Origin: an uncultured Methylomirabilota bacterium
GTDB lineage: Bacteria > Methylomirabilota > Methylomirabilia > Methylomirabilales > 2-02-FULL-66-22
DNA length: 64,000 nucleotides
Assembly (NCBI GenBank): GCA_963705305.1
Contig: OY970067.1
Location: forward strand, 800,001-864,000
Direction: 5' to 3'
Shown here: piece by piece, positions 10,414 to 20,775 of the stretch
How positions within the stretch are numbered: the first letter of the stretch is position 1
Layout: each line of letters opens with the position of its first letter
Made by a program: the position numbers and the translations under genes
Notes under the pieces: model-generated
The model's input: the letters and a program-made list of their open reading frames with translations, nothing else
Databases searched by the model: none
Told to the model about the DNA's origin: nothing

Positions 10414-11383
10414 TTCCATCAAGATCTCCGGAGACCGCCCGATCCTGGTCATCCGGGGCGGGGCTATCGGCGACTTCGTCTTGACGCTGCCGGTCCTGCG
10501 CGCCTTGCGCCGACGCTTCCCCGCCTCCCGGCTGGCGGTGCTGGGTCGTCCCCACATCGCCCCCCTGGCCGCCGCGGGCGGCCTGGCGGAGGAGGTCCGC
10601 TCACTCGACGCGCGGGCCCTGGCCGCCTTCTTTGTCCGCGACGTTCCCCTCGATCCCGCCTGGGTCGGCTTTTTCGGGGACTTCGCCCTGATCGTCTCCT
10701 ATCTGCATGACCCCGACGGCATCTTCCACGGGAACCTGCGCCAGTGCTCCGGCGCCGAGCTCATTCTCGGGCCGCACCGTCCGGACGAGTCCCGGCCGCA
10801 GCACGCCACCGAGGTCTTCCTGCAGCCTTTGGGGCGTCTCGGGATCTTCGGTGCGGATCCCATACCGCACCTGACCCTGCACCGGTCCCCGGGCGACGGG
10901 CCGGCACCTCGGGACCGGTGCGAGGCCCCGCCCACCCTGGCCGCACATCCCGGCAGCGGCAGCCCGCGGAAGAACTGGCCGGAGCATCAGTGGGCGGCGC
11001 TGCTCGACCGGCTGATCCGCTGCACTGACGTCAGGCTGCTCCTGATCGGGGGGGAGGCCGAGGGCGGCCGGCTGGAGCGCCTGGCCCGCGGGTTGCCGGC
11101 CTCGCGCCTGCAGCTGGCCCAGGATCTGCCCCTGGTGGAGCTGGCGGAGCGGCTGGCGGCCTGCACGGCCTTCATCGGGCACGACTCGGGCATCTCCCAC
11201 CTGGCCGCCGCCCTTGGCCTGCCCGGGGTGGTGCTGTGGGGCGACTCGGTCGAGGCCGTCTGGCGTCCTCTCGGTCCCCGGGTCATGCTGCTGCGCGATC
11301 CGGACGGGCTGGGCGGTCTGTCCGCCGAGCGGGTATTCGAGGGATTGCATGCGGTGTGGGAAAAGGGGACGTTGGAACATTAA
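10379..11383 (+). CDS. glycosyltransferase family 9 (heptosyltransferase-like); start uncertain
   Basis: [39 protein letters not shown]. Confidence 0.88.
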   Translation: MARPASAIRRPDSIKISGDRPILVIRGGAIGDFVLTLPVLRALRRRFPASRLAVLGRPHIAPLAAAGGLAEEVRSLDARALAAFFVRDVPLDPAWVGFFGDFALIVSYLHDPDGIFHGNLRQCSGAELILGPHRPDESRPQHATEVFLQPLGRLGIFGADPIPHLTLHRSPGDGPAPRDRCEAPPTLAAHPGSGSPRKNWPEHQWAALLDRLIRCTDVRLLLIGGEAEGGRLERLARGLPASRLQLAQDLPLVELAERLAACTAFIGHDSGISHLAAALGLPGVVLWGDSVEAVWRPLGPRVMLLRDPDGLGGLSAERVFEGLHAVWEKGTLEH

Positions 11384-11771
11384 TTACCTTTTCGCAGTGG
11401 GAACCAATGGTTCCGAGACAACCCGCGTAATCTCGATCAACTCTCGTCTTCACTCAAGAGCTGGCCGCCGGGCAGAGCGAGGGGGCTCCCCCGCCGTATA
11501 CGGAACGCCGGCCCTCATCCGAGAATCAATGTCATAACCGAGGAGACGTTCTCCCTTCCCCCGGCTGGCCGTGTGCGGCCTGATTCTACGAGGGGCCTGT
11601 GGCATCCTCTGCCACAGAGTCGCCAACGGGACGCCAATGCACCCGGCGAACGCCACTGCCCACAGGATCAATGCCCCGCTCTAAGATCTCCTCCCTTATG
11701 GCTCTGCCAGGGAAAAACCCCTTGACAACCAGCGGGGGGCGGCGATAAGTAGTGTCCATATAATAAACTGG

Positions 11772-11787
11772 GTTCCAGATATGGAAC
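11772..11787. promoter_or_regulatory. candidate operator palindrome GTTCCA-N4-TGGAAC
   Basis: Perfect 6-bp inverted repeat in an AT-rich stretch, downstream of TTGACA (11722-11727) and upstream of the dehydrogenase gene. Confidence 0.5.
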
Positions 11788-11884
11788 AGGGCACGCAGGC
11801 AACTGAGCGGCGGTTTCTCGCCCATTTGCTCGGGAGAGGGATCGAGGTGTGACAACGCAGGCGAGGGGAAAAGGAGCTGAGACG

Positions 11885-12883
11885 ATGAAGGCAGCGGTCT
11901 GGAAGGGCCCCGAACAGCTCGACGTTGAAGAGATGTCGATTCCCTCGGTCAAGGATCCATTCGAGGTCCAGGTCAAGGTGGCTAGCTGCGGCGTGTGTGG
12001 CACGGACGTGCACATGCTGGATGGGAAATTCCCCATGTTCACGCCGCCCCGCGTGATCGGGCACGAATATGTGGGCACCGTGTCCGCCGTGGGAAGTGCC
12101 GTGACGAAATTCAAGCCCGGGGACCGAGTCGCCGTGGAGCAGGGCCTGCCCTGCGGTCGCTGCTACTACTGCCGCGACGGCCGGGAGAATCTGTGCGAAA
12201 GCCGCTTCGCCCACCCCGGCGGCTTCGCCGAGTACACTTGCGTCCTCGAGCGGATGTGCCACAAGCTACCGGATGGCCTCTCCTTCGATGTCGCGGCCCT
12301 GGCCGAGCCGGTGGCCTGCGCCCTCCGGGTCCTCGATATCGTGAAGGTCCGCTCGGGTGACATCGCCCTGGTGCAGGGCGGCGGGACGATCGGCTGCGTC
12401 ATGACGCAGCTGCTGCTGCATGGCGGCATCTGCAAGGTCATCCTGTCCGAGCCGGTTGCCCACCGGCGGGTCATCGCCAAGGAGCTGGGGGCCATCCCGG
12501 TGGATCCCAAGACCGAGGACCTGCCCGCCATTCTCAAGCGGGAGACGAACGGACTCGGACCGGAATACATCTTTGACTGCGTTGGAAACGCCAAGCTTCT
12601 CGAGCAGGGGGTCGATCTGGTTCAAAAGGGGGGGACGGTTTTTGTCGTCGGTGTGGCAGATCCGGAAGGCATCGCTTCGATCCGGCCGTACCGCCTCTTT
12701 GAAAAAGAGGTGAAGATTATGAGCTCAATCCTCCGGCCCTACACCTTCGCCCGGGCTGTCCGCTGGCTGCCGCATTTGAACCTCCAGCCGATCCTGGGCG
12801 TGGATTATCCGCTGGCCGAGACCAAGGCTGCGATTCAGGCGCTACGCGCGGGCAAGGGTGTCAAGATCCTGGTGAAGCCGTAA
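11885..12883 (+). CDS. Zn-dependent alcohol/polyol dehydrogenase
   Basis: CGVCGTD, GHE, structural CGRCYYC...C, GGGTIG. Confidence 0.92.
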   Translation: MKAAVWKGPEQLDVEEMSIPSVKDPFEVQVKVASCGVCGTDVHMLDGKFPMFTPPRVIGHEYVGTVSAVGSAVTKFKPGDRVAVEQGLPCGRCYYCRDGRENLCESRFAHPGGFAEYTCVLERMCHKLPDGLSFDVAALAEPVACALRVLDIVKVRSGDIALVQGGGTIGCVMTQLLLHGGICKVILSEPVAHRRVIAKELGAIPVDPKTEDLPAILKRETNGLGPEYIFDCVGNAKLLEQGVDLVQKGGTVFVVGVADPEGIASIRPYRLFEKEVKIMSSILRPYTFARAVRWLPHLNLQPILGVDYPLAETKAAIQALRAGKGVKILVKP

Positions 12884-13096
12884 GAGGCGGCTGAAAAAGG
12901 CCCATCTGTCCGCCGCAGGCGGATTGGCGCACTTGCGCACTCGCTGCGGCGTACCGGAAGTACGCCTTGACCCGCATGTGGCGGGTGCCCCGCCCCGGGT
13001 ACCCATCCCGAGGGATGGGTGACGCCGCCTTGCCGTTCGACAGGCTCACGGTCCCGAGCGAAGTCGAGGGACATCTGGACCCTTTTGACCAGCCTG
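12884..13096. repeat. MITE/REP-like composite palindromic element
   Basis: Imperfect terminal inverted repeats (AGGCGGCTGAAAAAGGCCCATCTG ... CATCTGGACCCTTTTGACCAGCCT) enclose hairpins TCCGCCGCAGGCGGA, CCCGCATGTGGCGGG and ACCCATCCCGAGGGATGGGT. It lies between convergent genes. Confidence 0.65.
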
Positions 13097-13200
13097 GGTG
13101 AAAATGGGCTTTTCGCCTTCCTGCTGGTATCCCGTCCCAGCGGCTCGCATCATAAGCCACAGCCCCGGGGGCGGCGAGACCGGCCGCCGCCTGCCGGGGG

Positions 13201-13968
13201 CTACATGCCCCGGTCGTGCCTGGCCAGCATCGATGGCGACAGTTGACTCGCCGCGTCCCGATCCAAGAAAAGGCAGACATCCGGGTGGGTCCGCAGAACT
13301 GAGGCGGGGGCCATCGGTCCGATCTCCCCTTCCAGGCACGCCTTCATCGCGCCGCTCTTCCGCCGCTCCGGCACCGTGCAAATGATCCGTTTGGCTTTCA
13401 GCACCTGCTTGATGCTCATCGAGATTGCGCGCGTGGGGACATCGTCGAAGGAGGCGAACCAGCCCTCGCCATACTGTTGGCGGCGACAGGCCTCGTCCAG
13501 ATTGACCAGAATGTAGGGCGCCTCAACGTCAAAGTCTGCCGGCGGATCGTTGAAGGCCAGGTGGCCGTTCTCCCCGACTCCAACGAACGCCACATCGATC
13601 GGGGTCGCTGCCAGGAGGCGATTCAGGCGGCCGACCTCCGCGGCAAGATTCCCCGCATCCCCCTGTATGAAGTGGACGGTGCCGATGGGCACACGCGTCG
13701 TCAACCGCTCGCGGAGGTACCGCCGAAAGCTGGCCGGGTGGTCGGCGGAAAGGCCGATGTATTCGTCCAGGTGAAACATTGTCGTCGCCTCCCACCTCAG
13801 ATCGGGCTCGGCGACGAGATCCTTGAGGAACTCGAACTGGGATGCCCCGGTCGCCGCGACAAAGGTCGCGGCCCCCTTTTGCCTGATCGCTTCTCGCAGG
13901 GTACTGGCGGCTCTCTCGGCCGCAGCGCGTGCCATCAGGTCGGCATTTTCGAAGACGCGCACTTGCAT
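13201..13968 (-). CDS. nagB: glucosamine-6-phosphate deaminase family protein
   Basis: ATGASQ, FHLDEY, HPASF, GENGHLAFNDP, PASVL. Confidence 0.85.
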   Translation of the reverse strand: MQVRVFENADLMARAAAERAASTLREAIRQKGAATFVAATGASQFEFLKDLVAEPDLRWEATTMFHLDEYIGLSADHPASFRRYLRERLTTRVPIGTVHFIQGDAGNLAAEVGRLNRLLAATPIDVAFVGVGENGHLAFNDPPADFDVEAPYILVNLDEACRRQQYGEGWFASFDDVPTRAISMSIKQVLKAKRIICTVPERRKSGAMKACLEGEIGPMAPASVLRTHPDVCLFLDRDAASQLSPSMLARHDRGM

Positions 13969-14054
13969 GGTCGCTCCTCCTCTCAGTCCGCATCGCTGAT
14001 CCCGTGCTCTGCACTCCCCTGCAGAGGCCGATCACCGGATGATTGCCGGGTCGG

Positions 14055-14200
14055 TCAGCGGGTGACCGGCCGGTGCTGCTCCCGGATATAGACGAGGTCC
14101 TCCTCGTTTCTGAAGAAGTCCATCCATACATAGTGCATGCGGCCCCCCCTGCCGGCCCGCACCCCGTGATGCGAGCCGGGAGGAATGTGCACGGAGCATG
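14055..14200 (-). pseudogene. possible C-terminal remnant of a cupin gene
   Basis: Minus frame reads CSVHIPPGSHHGVRAGRGGRMHYVWMDFFRNEEDLVYIREQHRPVTR*, resembling cupin motif 2. No N-terminal half is visible. Confidence 0.45.
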
Positions 14201-14232
14201 CGCCCCTCCGACGGGGGGACGGTCTCAGGCCT

Positions 14233-14739
14233 TCATCGTGCGTGCGCCGATTTCTTGAGGCGGCGGAAGAGGAGGATCCGCTTGGCGGGGCTCAGGCGGT
14301 CGACGAAGATCAAGCCGTCCAGGTGATCCACTTCATGCTGGAAGATGCGGGCGAGAATCTCCTCGCCTTCCAGCTCCACGGGCCGGCCGTGCCGGTTCAG
14401 TCCCCGCAGCCGGACCCGGCGGGGCCGGCGGACCGGCTCGTGAATGTCGGGCACGGAAAGGCAGCCTTCCTCCTCGAGGATCTCCCCCTCGCTGCCCAGA
14501 ATTTCGGGGTTGATCACGACCAGGAGCTGGTCCGGCCGCCGCTCGGAAGAGGGATTGGCGACGAACAGTCGCAGGGGGCTCCCGACCTGGTTGGCGGCCA
14601 GCCCCACCCCCGGCGCCGCGTACATCGTCTCCACCATGTCGTCGATGAGCTGCTGGAGCGCCGCGTCGACCTCGCCAACGGGCCGGGTCGGCTGTCGAAG
14701 AATGGGATCGCCATAGGACAGAATCGGTCGAATGGCCAT
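14233..14739 (-). CDS. def: peptide deformylase
   Basis: GVGLAANQ, EGCLS, QHEVDHLDG. Confidence 0.97.
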   Translation of the reverse strand: MAIRPILSYGDPILRQPTRPVGEVDAALQQLIDDMVETMYAAPGVGLAANQVGSPLRLFVANPSSERRPDQLLVVINPEILGSEGEILEEEGCLSVPDIHEPVRRPRRVRLRGLNRHGRPVELEGEEILARIFQHEVDHLDGLIFVDRLSPAKRILLFRRLKKSAHAR

Positions 14740-14746
14740 GGCGCTC

Positions 14747-15760
14747 TCAGGCCAGCGGCAGGCTGGCTGCGGCATTCAGGTCCCAGCCGGCGCGCTCGCC
14801 GCGGCGAAGCCGGACCGCCCCCGCGGCGGCGATCATGGCGGCATTATCCGTGCACAGGCCGGGCGTGGGGATGAACAGCTGGAACCCCTCGGCCTCGGCC
14901 TCGGCCTTGAGCGCCTTCCTGAGCGCCCCGTTACAGGCCACGCCGCCCGCCACCACGACCCGTCCCACCCCCAGATCCCGCGCCGCGCGCATCACCCGGC
15001 CTACCAGCATGTCCACGGCGGCCTGCTGGAAGCTGGCGCAGATGTCGGGGATCTTCTCGGAGGGGACTCGGCCCGGCTCGCCCAGACTGCGCAGGGTGTG
15101 GACCACCGCCGTCTTGAGCCCGCTGAAGCTGAAATCCAAGCTGCCGTCGCTGAAGGTCGCGCGGGGGAAGGCAATCGACTCAGGATCGCCCTCCCGGGCC
15201 GCCTGCTCGATGAGCGGACCGCCGGGATAGCCCAGGCCGAGCAGCTTGGCCACCTTGTCGAACGCCTCGCCCGCGGCGTCGTCGCGCGTCCGACCCAGCG
15301 GCCGGTATGTGCACTCGGCCGGCACGTGATACAGATGGGTGTGGCCCCCCGACACCACCAGAGCCACGAAGGGGGGCGTGGGGGAGGGTGACTCCAGCTG
15401 CGCGGCCGCGATGTGCCCCTCCAGATGGTTCACCGCCGCCAGGGGGAGGCCCCGGCTGTAGGCGATCGCCTTGGCCACCGAGACGCCGACCAGCAGGGAG
15501 CCCACCAGACCCGGCCCGGCCGTGACGGCCAGGGCGGTCACCTCGTTGAGCGTGATGCCCGCGTCCCCCAGAGCGCGGTCGAGGACCGGGGTGATCACCT
15601 CCAGATGCCGCCGGGAGGCCAGCTCCGGCACGATTCCCCCGTACGGGGCATGCACTTCCGTTTGGGAGGCCACCACGCTACTGCGGAGACACCGGCCGTC
15701 CTCCAGGACGGCGGCGGCCGTCTCATCACACGATGTCTCGATGCCGAGAATCAACTCCAT
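14747..15760 (-). CDS. tsaD: tRNA t6A threonylcarbamoyltransferase
   Basis: GIETSCDET, HLEGH, SGGHT, DDAAGEAFDK, TDNAAM. Confidence 0.97.
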   Translation of the reverse strand: MELILGIETSCDETAAAVLEDGRCLRSSVVASQTEVHAPYGGIVPELASRRHLEVITPVLDRALGDAGITLNEVTALAVTAGPGLVGSLLVGVSVAKAIAYSRGLPLAAVNHLEGHIAAAQLESPSPTPPFVALVVSGGHTHLYHVPAECTYRPLGRTRDDAAGEAFDKVAKLLGLGYPGGPLIEQAAREGDPESIAFPRATFSDGSLDFSFSGLKTAVVHTLRSLGEPGRVPSEKIPDICASFQQAAVDMLVGRVMRAARDLGVGRVVVAGGVACNGALRKALKAEAEAEGFQLFIPTPGLCTDNAAMIAAAGAVRLRRGERAGWDLNAAASLPLA

Positions 15761-15841
15761 CGGAATGGCGCACCGGTGCGGAGTCATCGCCGCACCCCTG
15801 CCGGCGCTCGCCCGCCGCGCGCGCCGGCAGGGAGGCTCAGA

Positions 15842-17182
15842 CTAGCTCTTGGCCTGCCCCTCGGGCTTTTCCAGGATGCGCATGGCCTTCAGGAGCTCGA
15901 TGGCCCGCTGCAACTGGATGTCCTTGGCGGGATTGGCCACGTCCTGAGGGCCGATCTCCACTCCCTGGCCCTCCTGCTCGCCGATCTTCGGCTCCTGCGG
16001 CGGTTTGCTCTCCAGGAGCTGCTCTCCGGTCTTCTGTTCTCCCGCTTGCTGCTCCCCCGTCGCGGGAGCCGTGGCTGCAACTTTCGGAATCTCCACCTCG
16101 ATGTCCGGCGTGATGCCCACCCCCTGGATGGAGCGTCCCTTCGGCGTGTAGTACTTGGCCGTGGTCAGACGCAGTCCCGAGCCGTCGGAGAGGGGGATCA
16201 CCGTCTGCACCGACCCCTTGCCGAACGTCTGGGTCCCCAGGATCAGGGCGCGCTGCCAATCTTGCAGGGCGCCAGCGACGATCTCCGACGCGCTGGCCGA
16301 GCCGTGGTTGACCAACACGACCATGGGCAGCCTGGGGAGGTCGCTATTGTGCTCTGCGGTAAACCGCAGGTCCTGGTTCTGCTGGCGGCCCTTGGTATAG
16401 ACGATGAGCTGCCCTTTATCCAGGAACATATCGCTCACTGCCACCGCCTGGCTGAGCAGGCCGCCCGGGTCGTTCCTGAGATCCAGAACCAGGGCATTGG
16501 CCCCCTTCTTCACGGCGGCGTCCAGCACGCTCTCGAGATCCTTGGAGGTGCGCTCCTGGAAGGAAGTGATGCGAGCGTAGAAGATCCCGTCGCCCAGATC
16601 CTTGCTGCGGACGCTCTTGATTTCGATGACCTCGCGGACCAGCGTAACATCCATGGGCTCCGCGTGGCCTTCGCGGAGGATGCTGATGGTCACCTTGGAT
16701 CCCGTGGGCCCGCGCAGCCGCCGTACCGCCTCCATCAGGGTCATGTCCTTGGTCGGCTGGCCCTCGATTTTGACTATTCGATCGCCCGGCTGGATGCCGG
16801 CCTTATCGGCCGGCGTGCCTGCGATGGGTGCGACCACCGTGAGCATTCGGTCCTTGACCGTGATCTCGATCCCCAGCCCCCCGAAGCTGCCCTGCGTCTC
16901 GACCTGCATCTCCTTGAACATGTCCGGGGGCATGAAGGAGCTGTGTGGATCCAGGGTCTCCAGCATGCCCCGGATGGCCCCGTACATCAAATCCTTGGGG
17001 TTGACCTTCTCCACGTAGCTGGACTCCACGAGGGAGAGAATCTCGGTGAAAACCTTGAGATTCTCGTAGGTGCCCTCGACGGCCGTGGTCCCATGCTGGA
17101 CCCCGCCCGTGAGCAGAAGCAGCACCAGCGTCCCGACGATGAGGAGCCCTTTCGACTTCCCGCCGCGTCGCGTGGGGAACAT
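15842..17182 (-). CDS. ctpA: S41 carboxy-terminal processing protease
   Basis: LDPHS, PDZ domain, DLRNDPGG, SASASE, TFGKGSVQ. Confidence 0.95.
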   Translation of the reverse strand: MFPTRRGGKSKGLLIVGTLVLLLLTGGVQHGTTAVEGTYENLKVFTEILSLVESSYVEKVNPKDLMYGAIRGMLETLDPHSSFMPPDMFKEMQVETQGSFGGLGIEITVKDRMLTVVAPIAGTPADKAGIQPGDRIVKIEGQPTKDMTLMEAVRRLRGPTGSKVTISILREGHAEPMDVTLVREVIEIKSVRSKDLGDGIFYARITSFQERTSKDLESVLDAAVKKGANALVLDLRNDPGGLLSQAVAVSDMFLDKGQLIVYTKGRQQNQDLRFTAEHNSDLPRLPMVVLVNHGSASASEIVAGALQDWQRALILGTQTFGKGSVQTVIPLSDGSGLRLTTAKYYTPKGRSIQGVGITPDIEVEIPKVAATAPATGEQQAGEQKTGEQLLESKPPQEPKIGEQEGQGVEIGPQDVANPAKDIQLQRAIELLKAMRILEKPEGQAKS

Positions 17183-17286
17183 GAATCTTCTCCCTCCTCA
17201 GAAGAGCTGTCGACTCCGGGCAGGCGACCCTTCCCGCCCGGAAATTTTACCGCGCCCCATGCCCACCGGCGGACACTCGGCAGGGT

Positions 17287-18573
17287 CTAGCGGGGCATGA
17301 ACCAAACCAGCGGATCCTCCGGTTTCCCCTTGTAACGCAGCTCGAAATAGAGCTGCGGACCTTCCAGCGAGCCGCTGTCGCCCACTTTTCCGATTACGCG
17401 CCCGCGCGCTACCTCCTCCCCGGCCTTGACCAGGATCTCGGCCGCGTGGGCGTAGAGCGTGAAGTACCCTCCACCGTGGTCCAGGATGATCAGGCGACCG
17501 TACCCCTTGAACCAGTCGGCGTACAAGACCGATCCGTCTGCAACCGCCTGGATATCTCGGCCCTGGGGCGCGGTGATCTCGATCCCCCGGTTGAACGTCA
17601 CCGTATGAAACCGCGGATTCTCCTGCCGTCCGAACGTGGAGGCCAGCGTCCCGTCGGCAGGCCAGGGCAGCTTCCCTTTCCACTGCGCGAATCGCCCGTC
17701 CTCGCGAATGTCGGGCGTCACCCCGCCGCCGGGTGCCTCCCCGCGGGGGGTCTCCCGGCGGGGCGCCGGACGGCTGGCGCGCCGCTGCCGCTCCTCCTCG
17801 CTCTGCAGCCGGACGATAAGAGCTTGCAGATCCTTGGCGGCCTTGTCCAGCTCTTTGATAGCGGCCAGATGGCCCGCTTTTTCCTCTCGGGTGCTGGCCA
17901 GGAGGACCCGCCGCTGGCGCTGCTCCTCCTCTATCTGGGCGCGGGTCGCCTTGGCCGCCTCCGCGGCGTCCGCCACCTCCGATTTGTACCGCTCCAGCTC
18001 CGCCCGCTTCTGGGACAGATCCGCCAGGGTGGCGCTGTATGTCTTCATGAGGCGCTGGTCTTCCCCGGCCACGGCGGAGAGATACTTGATGCGCCGGCCC
18101 GCGCTGGCGAAGTCCTCGGCCGAGAGCAGCATCCGCACATACCCGAACTGGCCCTGTTTGTACATGGCCCGCAGTCGCCGCTTGAGCAGGCTGCGGCTGC
18201 GCTCCAGTCGGCCATCGGTGGCACCGATCTCCCGGGAGAGCGCGGCGATCCGCTGGCTGCTCCCGTTCAGCTTCCTTTCCAGTGTCTGGAGGGCGGCCGT
18301 CTTGGCCTTGAGGTCATTCTCCAGCTTGGTCAGCTCCTTCGTCAGCGACGCCTCTCTCCGCCCGGCCTCCTGCGCCTTGGCGCGCTCGCGGCCCAGCTCG
18401 CGCTGGACCTCCTTGAGCTGCTGGCGGCTCTGCTGGGCCTTGCCCTCCCTGTCCGCCCCCAGACCGGCCCCGGGCCCGATCAGAATCGCGACAAGGCCCA
18501 CCCCAGCGCCAATCCAACGGAGCAGCGGGAACCCGGGTCCCCGGTCGCGGCGGCTGTCATCCAGCCGAGACAT
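17287..18573 (-). CDS. envC: murein hydrolase activator (coiled coil plus M23 domain)
   Basis: Signal/TM segment, long coiled coil, degenerate LytM domain (NRGIEI...LYFE); follows ftsX. Confidence 0.9.
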   Translation of the reverse strand: MSRLDDSRRDRGPGFPLLRWIGAGVGLVAILIGPGAGLGADREGKAQQSRQQLKEVQRELGRERAKAQEAGRREASLTKELTKLENDLKAKTAALQTLERKLNGSSQRIAALSREIGATDGRLERSRSLLKRRLRAMYKQGQFGYVRMLLSAEDFASAGRRIKYLSAVAGEDQRLMKTYSATLADLSQKRAELERYKSEVADAAEAAKATRAQIEEEQRQRRVLLASTREEKAGHLAAIKELDKAAKDLQALIVRLQSEEERQRRASRPAPRRETPRGEAPGGGVTPDIREDGRFAQWKGKLPWPADGTLASTFGRQENPRFHTVTFNRGIEITAPQGRDIQAVADGSVLYADWFKGYGRLIILDHGGGYFTLYAHAAEILVKAGEEVARGRVIGKVGDSGSLEGPQLYFELRYKGKPEDPLVWFMPR

Positions 18574-18585
18574 TCCTCCGGCACC

Positions 18586-19479
18586 TCACACGCGCAGGAA
18601 CCGACCAACCGAGATCAGGCTGCCAGCCCCCCCCACAACCGCCCCGGCCAGGATCAGGGCCGCAGCCCAATGGGGATCCAGGAAGCTGCCGACCCCCATG
18701 CCGAGGATCTGGCCCGGGCTGACCCGCAGCTGCCAGAGCGTGGCACGGTAGGCCCCGTACAGGGCCAGCAGGGCGAGCCCCGCCCCCAGCGCACCCTGGA
18801 TCAGTCCTTCCAGCAGGAACGGCGCACGGATGTGGGTCTTGGTGGCCCCCACGAGCCGCATGACCTCGATCTCTTCCGCCCGGGCGTACACGGCCAGCCG
18901 AATCGTGTTGCTGACGATGAGGAGCGAGGCAAACCCCAGCGCCAGTCCCACCCCCAGGCCGACCAGCCGCAGCAGCCGAATGATCGCCGTCAGCCGATCC
19001 ACCCATTCCTGTCCATACTGGACATCCTCAACCCCTTCCAGTCTGCCGAGGAACGCCGCCAGCTGCCGGAGGGCTTCCGGGGTGTGGTAAGCCTCGTCGA
19101 TTCGGAGCTGGAAGGAAGCCGGCAGGGGGTTCTCTCCCAGGCCCTCCAGTAGAGCCTCCTTGCCGCGCAGCTCGCGCTTGAACTGCCGAAGGGCCTCCTC
19201 CTTGGAGGTGTACGTCATGGCCGTGACCGCCCGTTCGCTCTCGATGCGCTTCTTGAGCAGGGCCAACTGCTCGGCGGTGATCCCATCGTCCAGGAAGACC
19301 GTGACCTGGAACTGCTCCTTCCACTCCGTCACCACCGCCCCGAGATTGCCGGTGATGACCAGGAAGATCCCCACGATGACGAAGGAGACCGCGATCGTTC
19401 CGATGGAGGCCAGCCCGCCCCAGCCGCTTCGCCGGATGCTGGTCAGGGCGTCCTCGAGGATGTATCGAAACCGATCCAT
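18586..19479 (-). CDS. ftsX: cell division permease
   Basis: 4 TM segments, NPLPAS, NTIRL...EIEVMRLVGAT...PFLLEG. Confidence 0.95.
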   Translation of the reverse strand: MDRFRYILEDALTSIRRSGWGGLASIGTIAVSFVIVGIFLVITGNLGAVVTEWKEQFQVTVFLDDGITAEQLALLKKRIESERAVTAMTYTSKEEALRQFKRELRGKEALLEGLGENPLPASFQLRIDEAYHTPEALRQLAAFLGRLEGVEDVQYGQEWVDRLTAIIRLLRLVGLGVGLALGFASLLIVSNTIRLAVYARAEEIEVMRLVGATKTHIRAPFLLEGLIQGALGAGLALLALYGAYRATLWQLRVSPGQILGMGVGSFLDPHWAAALILAGAVVGGAGSLISVGRFLRV

Positions 19480-19529
19480 GCCGGCTCTCTCCCGGGTAGC
19501 CCACCCGCCTTCGGCCACCCCGCAGGCGC

Positions 19530-20192
19530 CTAGAGACGCTCCTCCACGATCCGACCGGCCTTCAGCACGATGGTCCGGCGGCCCATGTTTCGGACCAGGT
19601 TGGTATCGTGCGTGGCCACCAGGACCGTCGTCCCCTTGGTGTTGATGTCGACAAGCAGCTGCATCACGTCCATGCCCAGATCGGCATCCAGATCGCCGGT
19701 GGGCTCATCCGCCAGGAGAAGCAAAGGGTCGCTCATCAAGGCGCGCGCGATCGCCACCCGCTGCTGTTCGCCGCCCGACAGCTTGTACGGGGTCATCTGC
19801 GCCTTATGCGTCAGGCCCACCAATTTCAGGGCGGTGGCGACCTTGCGCTTGCCGGCGGCCGGCGGGATCGCGAGAACCCGGTAGACCAGGGCCAGGTTCT
19901 CCCAGACCGTCCGATCCCGCAGCAGCTTGAAATCCTGAAAGATGACCCCGATGCTGCGCCGGAGCTGTGGGATGGCGCGGCCGGGGAGCTTCACCACGTT
20001 CCTGCCGTTGACCAGGATCTGGCCCGAGGTGGGCAATTCGTCACGGAAGATCAGGCGAAGAAGGGTCGTTTTCCCCGCCCCACTGGGCCCGACGATGAAG
20101 ACAAATTCACCCTTCTGGATTTGGAAGTTGATGTCAACGAGGGCTTCAACGTCCCTGGCATACGTCTTGTGGACGTGGAAGAGCTGGATCAT
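19530..20192 (-). CDS. ftsE: cell division ATP-binding protein
   Basis: [30 protein letters not shown]. Confidence 0.96.
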   Translation of the reverse strand: MIQLFHVHKTYARDVEALVDINFQIQKGEFVFIVGPSGAGKTTLLRLIFRDELPTSGQILVNGRNVVKLPGRAIPQLRRSIGVIFQDFKLLRDRTVWENLALVYRVLAIPPAAGKRKVATALKLVGLTHKAQMTPYKLSGGEQQRVAIARALMSDPLLLLADEPTGDLDADLGMDVMQLLVDINTKGTTVLVATHDTNLVRNMGRRTIVLKAGRIVEERL

Positions 20193-20775
20193 GTCCGGTT
20201 TGCCTGGACACCTGGCACGGCCCCTCGCATATCTTTCTCCCCCAGTTCCCCAGGCATCTGGCCGTAGAGCCTAACGACTTTTGTCCCCCTTTGCAACGGG
20301 AAATGCGGGGAATCCACAGCACATGAGAGGGCAAGCGGCCTTGGGATTCGGACGGGAACTCGACAGAGCGGCCGCCGGGCGCCGCCCGTCTCATTGCGGG
20401 CTCTCACTCGTCCACCGGATCGCCGCTCTCGAACGGGAGAGAATCGCTCTGGGTGCTCTCGGAACGCGGCGGGTATTGCTTCTCCTCCTTGACTTCGGGT
20501 CGATCTCCCCGATACACTTTGTCACACCCCCGGAAAAGACACCCACCTCTGGACGTTTTCCTCGAACCACCGAGGAGGATCAGGATTTCTGGAGAGCACA
20601 CAATATCCCATGGGCGTAGTGGTTGAGTGTGGCCCTGGTCCGGGGCAATGCTGGATCTTGCCGTGCTCTCTTTCGTGGACTCTCTGCGGCAGCGCCGCCA
20701 GGCGGCCAGGCGAGCGGCTGCATCCGTGGGTGAAAAGGATATCGAATTCTAACCGGAAATGAACCGCGGGGATCC

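Noticed and set aside
6246..10557. Very long ORFs of 1412 aa (+) and 1270 aa (-)
   Set aside because: Shadow frames of the real oxidoreductase and msrA genes; Arg/Gly/Pro-rich and motif-free, typical of high-GC DNA
11450..11671. 73-aa minus-strand ORF with hydrophobic start
   Set aside because: TTG start far from the RBS-like sequence and no recognisable family; cannot be supported
20404..20601. Small ORF upstream of ftsE
   Set aside because: No convincing start, RBS or motif; left uncalled
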